Below are positions 39,677 to 43,639 of a stretch of DNA of 43,639 bases, in pieces. Under the pieces are notes generated by a model. The model saw only the letters and a list, made by a program, of their open reading frames with translations, had not been told where the DNA came from and made no database searches. A program made the position numbers and the translations under genes. The stretch's first letter is position 1; each line of letters begins with the position of its first letter. The stretch spans positions 24,759,556 to 24,803,194 of the forward strand of contig NC_069000.1 of assembly GCF_001194135.2 (NCBI RefSeq). Reading direction: 5' to 3'. This DNA is from Octopus bimaculoides. Taxonomy: Eukaryota.

Positions 39677-40397
39677 TATTCTTCCTTTCTCTCCCTTTCC
39701 TCTCTGCCCTCTACTACTGACACACGACCCATGGTCATTGTCATCTTTTCTATTTCTTCTTTCCTTTTCATGCTGAAAGACTGGTTGTATTTTCTCCTAG
39801 TCTCCCACTTTCAACCTATTTCACTGTCTATCTGTTGCCCTGTTTCTAATTCTTTAGGATATCTTTCTTGGCGTTAACCACACTTCTGTCTTCTGACTGG
39901 CCCTAAGGCCATATTCCATTTATTTATTTTAGCGTGTTCGTATGTCCACACTTCATCTTGAATCACATTTATTCATGTATTGCATATTTATTTCTTATTT
40001 GTTCACTTTCTGTCATGTTTGATCCCTTATTAGCTGGCTAGCCACTTCCTGGCAGCTTTTTCTTGTTGGCACCACCAGAAGGGGAGCAATATTATTGTTG
40101 AAGGTATGAAACTGCGTTTGACCTTCTGGATGACAACTGATGAGGAGTTGGTGACCTTCTGTGTCTGATTTCCATTTGTTTGTGAATTCATTGTTTTTTA
40201 ACTTATACACACACACACACGTGTGTTTATATGTTTATTTACATACATACACACACACACACATTCACTCCTTTACTAATAGGTTATAAGTCAATTTTTA
40301 ACACAGATATACTAACTGAAGGTAAATACCCTTTCAAATATTTTTGAAAACGAATAATATGGTGCAGAGGAGTGTTGCAATCAGTTGCTTAACTTAC

Positions 40398-40488
40398 TTC
40401 AATTTCAGGATTGAAACCTAAAAACGACATTCTTCCAAAGACCAGACCTTCACAGGAAACATAGCTTGGATTGATTTCAAAACAGCTC
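40398..40488 (-). CDS. MPHOSPH6: MPP6 coding exon (probable exon 3), 91 nt
   Basis: ttttattttctggcAG, then g+SCFEINPSYVSCEGLVFGRMSFLGFNPEIE, then GTAAGT. Contains the MPP6 signature CE.L..GRMSF.GFNPE.E. Phase 2 in, matching the previous exon; phase 0 out. Confidence 0.97.
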
Positions 40489-41620
40489 CTGCCAGAAAAT
40501 AAAAGTGAACAGAAACCTGAGCAATATATATAGATATGTAAGTCACAATATATGGATTCATACTACAAAAACAAATAGAATATATAGTACAATATAAGAA
40601 AAAACGATTAGGAGAGTATAAAGTCATGAATGACAAAGTAGTTTGAAGAAATAGTTCGATGAAATATTATTTAACAATAAGAAAATTTCATCAAATTATT
40701 TCTACCATTCCAGTGAAACAACAGGTGGGCTATAAGAAATGTATAGTTTGAGAGATAATAAAGAGACAAGTGATAGACATGCACTTATCGATGCTCTAAT
40801 ATCAGCAAAAAATGATGTTACATAAACATATTGGGCAGAGAAACTATAGTCATTGATATACCATTACAGCTATTTCAAAAATTCAGCTTATGCTTATAAA
40901 ACATCTTTTATAAATGATTCAATGTCATACCCAAGTGCTTGTCTGTCCCCTCCACCAATATCTCTCTTTTCTTTTGCTTGTTTCAGTCATTAAACTGCAG
41001 ATAGCTGAAGCACTGCCTTGAAGAATTTGTGTGTCAAATGACACATAAAAGGCACCTGGTACACTCTGAGGAGTGGTTGGTGTTAGGAAGGGCATCCAGC
41101 CATAGAAACCAAGCCAAAACAGACTAGAGCTTGGTGCAGCTCTCCAGCTTACCAGTTCCTGTCAAATTGTCTAACCCTTGCCAACATGGAAAACAAACAC
41201 TGAATGACGATGATGAATCAACTCCAGGTCTTTTTTGCCAAACTGCTAAGTTACGGGAAAACAGACACACACTGGGTTAATATAATCCTAGATACATTGT
41301 ATTTAAATAAAAGAGGGGTTGGTTAGTCACTACTTATTGTACTCACTAGAAAGCTCAGCAATTTGAAACATTAAAACAGAGGTTCCCTTGAGGAGAAACA
41401 TTCTTAAGACAAGGAACCATCAAGTTTATGGCTGTTCCTTCAAAAGGTCTAGGTGACGTGTGACTCTTTTGGGGGGTATTTTTAAACAAATGGAACACAG
41501 GAAATGAAGAGTTGAAGAAAGGGTTTGAAATCACTGCAATGCAGTAGTACCCACTCTATCCATAAGTCCCATACTTCTCGCTTCACATACATACATCATG
41601 CTAACTTGTGGATTACTTAC

Positions 41621-41733
41621 TGAGCTGATTTCTCTACTGGCTGATCAATGACCCAATGCTCATCATCAATGAGTCTGTTGTTTTCATCTTCGTTCTGTTC
41701 TTTCTCAAGCCGGATCACAGTCCGTTGCATAAA
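41621..41733 (-). CDS. MPHOSPH6: M-phase phosphoprotein 6 (nuclear exosome cofactor), internal coding exon (probable exon 2), 113 nt
   Basis: Minus strand: polypyrimidine tract ...ttctgtttttgacAG, then FMQRTVIRLEKEQNEDENNRLIDDEHWVIDQPVEKSA+ca, then GTAAGT. The FMQR...EHW.+D.P pattern is the MPP6 N-terminal motif. Phase 0 in, phase 2 out. Confidence 0.95.
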
Positions 41734-43019
41734 CTGTCAAAAAACAGAATAAAAGAAAACAAAAATGTTGTATTGAAAAAACAATGAAAAAAGTAAATAA
41801 AAAAAAGCTGAAAGTGACATGAGAGAAACAAAACGAAGCTTTGTCACACAAATCTTTGATTAGCTTTGGAGACCATACAGTCTTTGTTTCATACATACTA
41901 TCTTAGAATTCAAACAATGAAATATATAAAGATAACACTAAGACGACACAAACACCTTCCCACACACCCAAAAATCAGCAAATTGACTCAGTAACCACAT
42001 CCAATATAAAGCATGGTACTATGTGTGTTTAATAAACACTGCTAACTTTTTAATGTTAAATGTGAAGGTGAGTGGCTTTGAGGTTAGAGTGTTCAGCTTA
42101 TGATCTTAAAGTTGTGGGTTTAACTCCTGGACAGAGCAGCATGTAGTATTCTTGAGCATGTAGAGAAAGGGCCATTTCACACCTCATTAGCTAAGAGCAA
42201 TAATAATGTATTCTGTCATGAAGACAAATGGTTAGAATGTTACAATGGAGCAAATGTATATTCCACTTGTCTTAATAGATACACATATACACTGAATTAT
42301 GGATGGATGGATGGACAAAGAGAGAATGCACTGAAAGAGTGAAAAAAATCTGCATAATGTTGTTTATGGTTTTCTAAATTGAGACAAACATCACAATTTC
42401 CATGTTCTGCTTATCTTAAGCTACGAGATGTCATGGCCCATGTAAAAAAAGGATTCACACAGCCTTCTGAAATACTCTTGTGGTACATTTTCAACAAAAA
42501 AAAAAAGAAAAAAAAAGAGGGATATTAAGTATTAATGGTGAGAAGTCAAGTTAGGTGTTTTGTTATGTAACTAAATCACTACTTTTTTTGCAGAATTAAT
42601 TCTAATTGCTAAACTCTCAAGGTTTCTAAACAGGCAGCATTATTATTATGTTATTAATTCAATATCTTTTTATGTAAACTGTGTCTTGTTTGTGGAAAGA
42701 CAAAAAAGTTCCTTAAACAGCATCTGTGTAGAATGTTGTCATTTACCTCTCGGTCAGCTTTCACTAAACTCTACCAATAAACAAAGCCATTCCAGCTTTG
42801 ACTCTCCCATTTGCTTTTAAAGTTCAGACTTCATGTATGTAATCTACAGCCACATTATACAATGTGCCCTTCCAATTTTTAAGGTGCTGAATGTAATTTG
42901 ATGGAAATATTTCTAGCAGGTCAAGCAGTCATATACAGACCACCTCATTGCTGGTGGGAATAACCTAATTTTCTCAGCTTCTCTTTCTTTCTATTTGGAT
43001 GTTCAGACCAGTGGAACAA

Positions 43020-43391
43020 ACATGGAAAAGTGAAACTTCCTAAACCAAACATCACCAAGGAAGAAACATTCACTATCAAAAAACTACAGAATGACAATTC
43101 CATCATAATACTTGAATACAGAATTGATCAAGGATACCCCCATTGAATCCAACCAGATGGTGAGTCTAGATGTGATAAGTCTGTTTACCAAAGTCCCAAT
43201 TGGTGAAGCACTATCGGTGATTCATGAAAAACTAGTGAAAGACAACCATCTAAAAGAACACACTAGTATACCAATAGGAAACTTGATGGAAATGTTGACC
43301 TTCTGTGTAGAAACTACCTACTTCAGTATGGACACTGATATATATTGACAAGGAGAGGGTTTAGCTATGGGTTCACCATTATCACCAGTAA
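43020..43391 (+). mobile_element. Penelope-like element RT fragment
   Basis: KPNITKEE...KL..DNSIII, then MVSLDVISLFTKVPI...LMEMLTFCVETTYF...*QGEGLAMGSPLSPVI. Confidence 0.88.
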
Positions 43392-43639
43392 TCTATATAT
43401 ATAAAAATGAGAATGTGTGTCTGTCTGTCTGTCTGTCAGTCTGTGTGAATCCCTAAAACTCGAGAACTACGCAACCAATTTCATTCAAATTTTACACATG
43501 CCTTACTTAGGGTTCCAGTTGTGTTTTAGTCAAAAAATTTTTTAACTTCTTGCAGAGTTCAAGCCCACGGCAACATAATATCTCCTCCACTATTTAAGTA
43601 TTACGTGTCAAAAGTGAAACAAAAACACTGAAGTCAAAT
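43392..43639 (+). mobile_element. 5' end of a Helitron-like non-autonomous element (runs off the window)
   Basis: Starts A|TCTATATATATAAA, followed by a (GTCT)n tract and ccaatttcattcaaattttacac. It truncates the PLE RT. Confidence 0.6.

Noticed and set aside
21288-40102. Idea of a plus-strand MEI1-like gene or pseudogene from several weakly matching hydrophobic frames (21288, 21999, 23959, 30245, 34192, 40033)
   Set aside because: The matches were to a remembered sequence, worked in alternative frames equally well, and needed stops or frameshifts. Two of the pieces are better explained as MPP6 antisense and an RT remnant.
40033-40102. Plus-strand 70-nt exon-like segment (TAG acceptor, AAG|GTATGA donor)
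   Set aside because: It lies antisense within MPP6 intron 3, two frames are open with no recognisable protein, and no partner exons are supported.

Overview
AT-rich, microsatellite-dense animal genomic DNA. The repeat repertoire looks like a coleoid cephalopod (Octopus-like); that is an inference from pattern recognition, not a database result. The only host gene I can identify is MPHOSPH6/MPP6 (nuclear exosome cofactor) on the minus strand. Four coding exons with canonical splice sites and compatible phases lie at 41733-41621, 40488-40398, 34246-34164 and 31276-31144; none is reported by the ORF track, and exon 1 is not found in the window. The rest is mostly decayed mobile DNA: seven co-oriented R4/Dong-like RLE LINE pieces arranged head-to-tail around (AAT)n tracts in the first 18 kb, a Tx1/L1-like LINE, a near full-length RTE LINE in MPP6 intron 3 plus many short copies of its 3' tail, CR1/L2 and Gypsy gag fragments, Penelope-like (PLE) fragments, a complete but dead mariner, MITEs, SINEs and a Helitron-like end. 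The most notable unannotated signals are: (1) a ~620-bp inverted-repeat element carrying two divergent type I hammerhead ribozyme motifs, 3.4 kb downstream of the MPP6 stop; (2) a third, minimal PLE-type hammerhead inside a Dong copy; (3) apparently self-renewing (AAT)n-targeted Dong arrays; (4) a gene-conversion-like identity patch between two Dong copies. Identity values are by-eye estimates, and TE boundaries are approximate unless TIRs or splice sites fix them.
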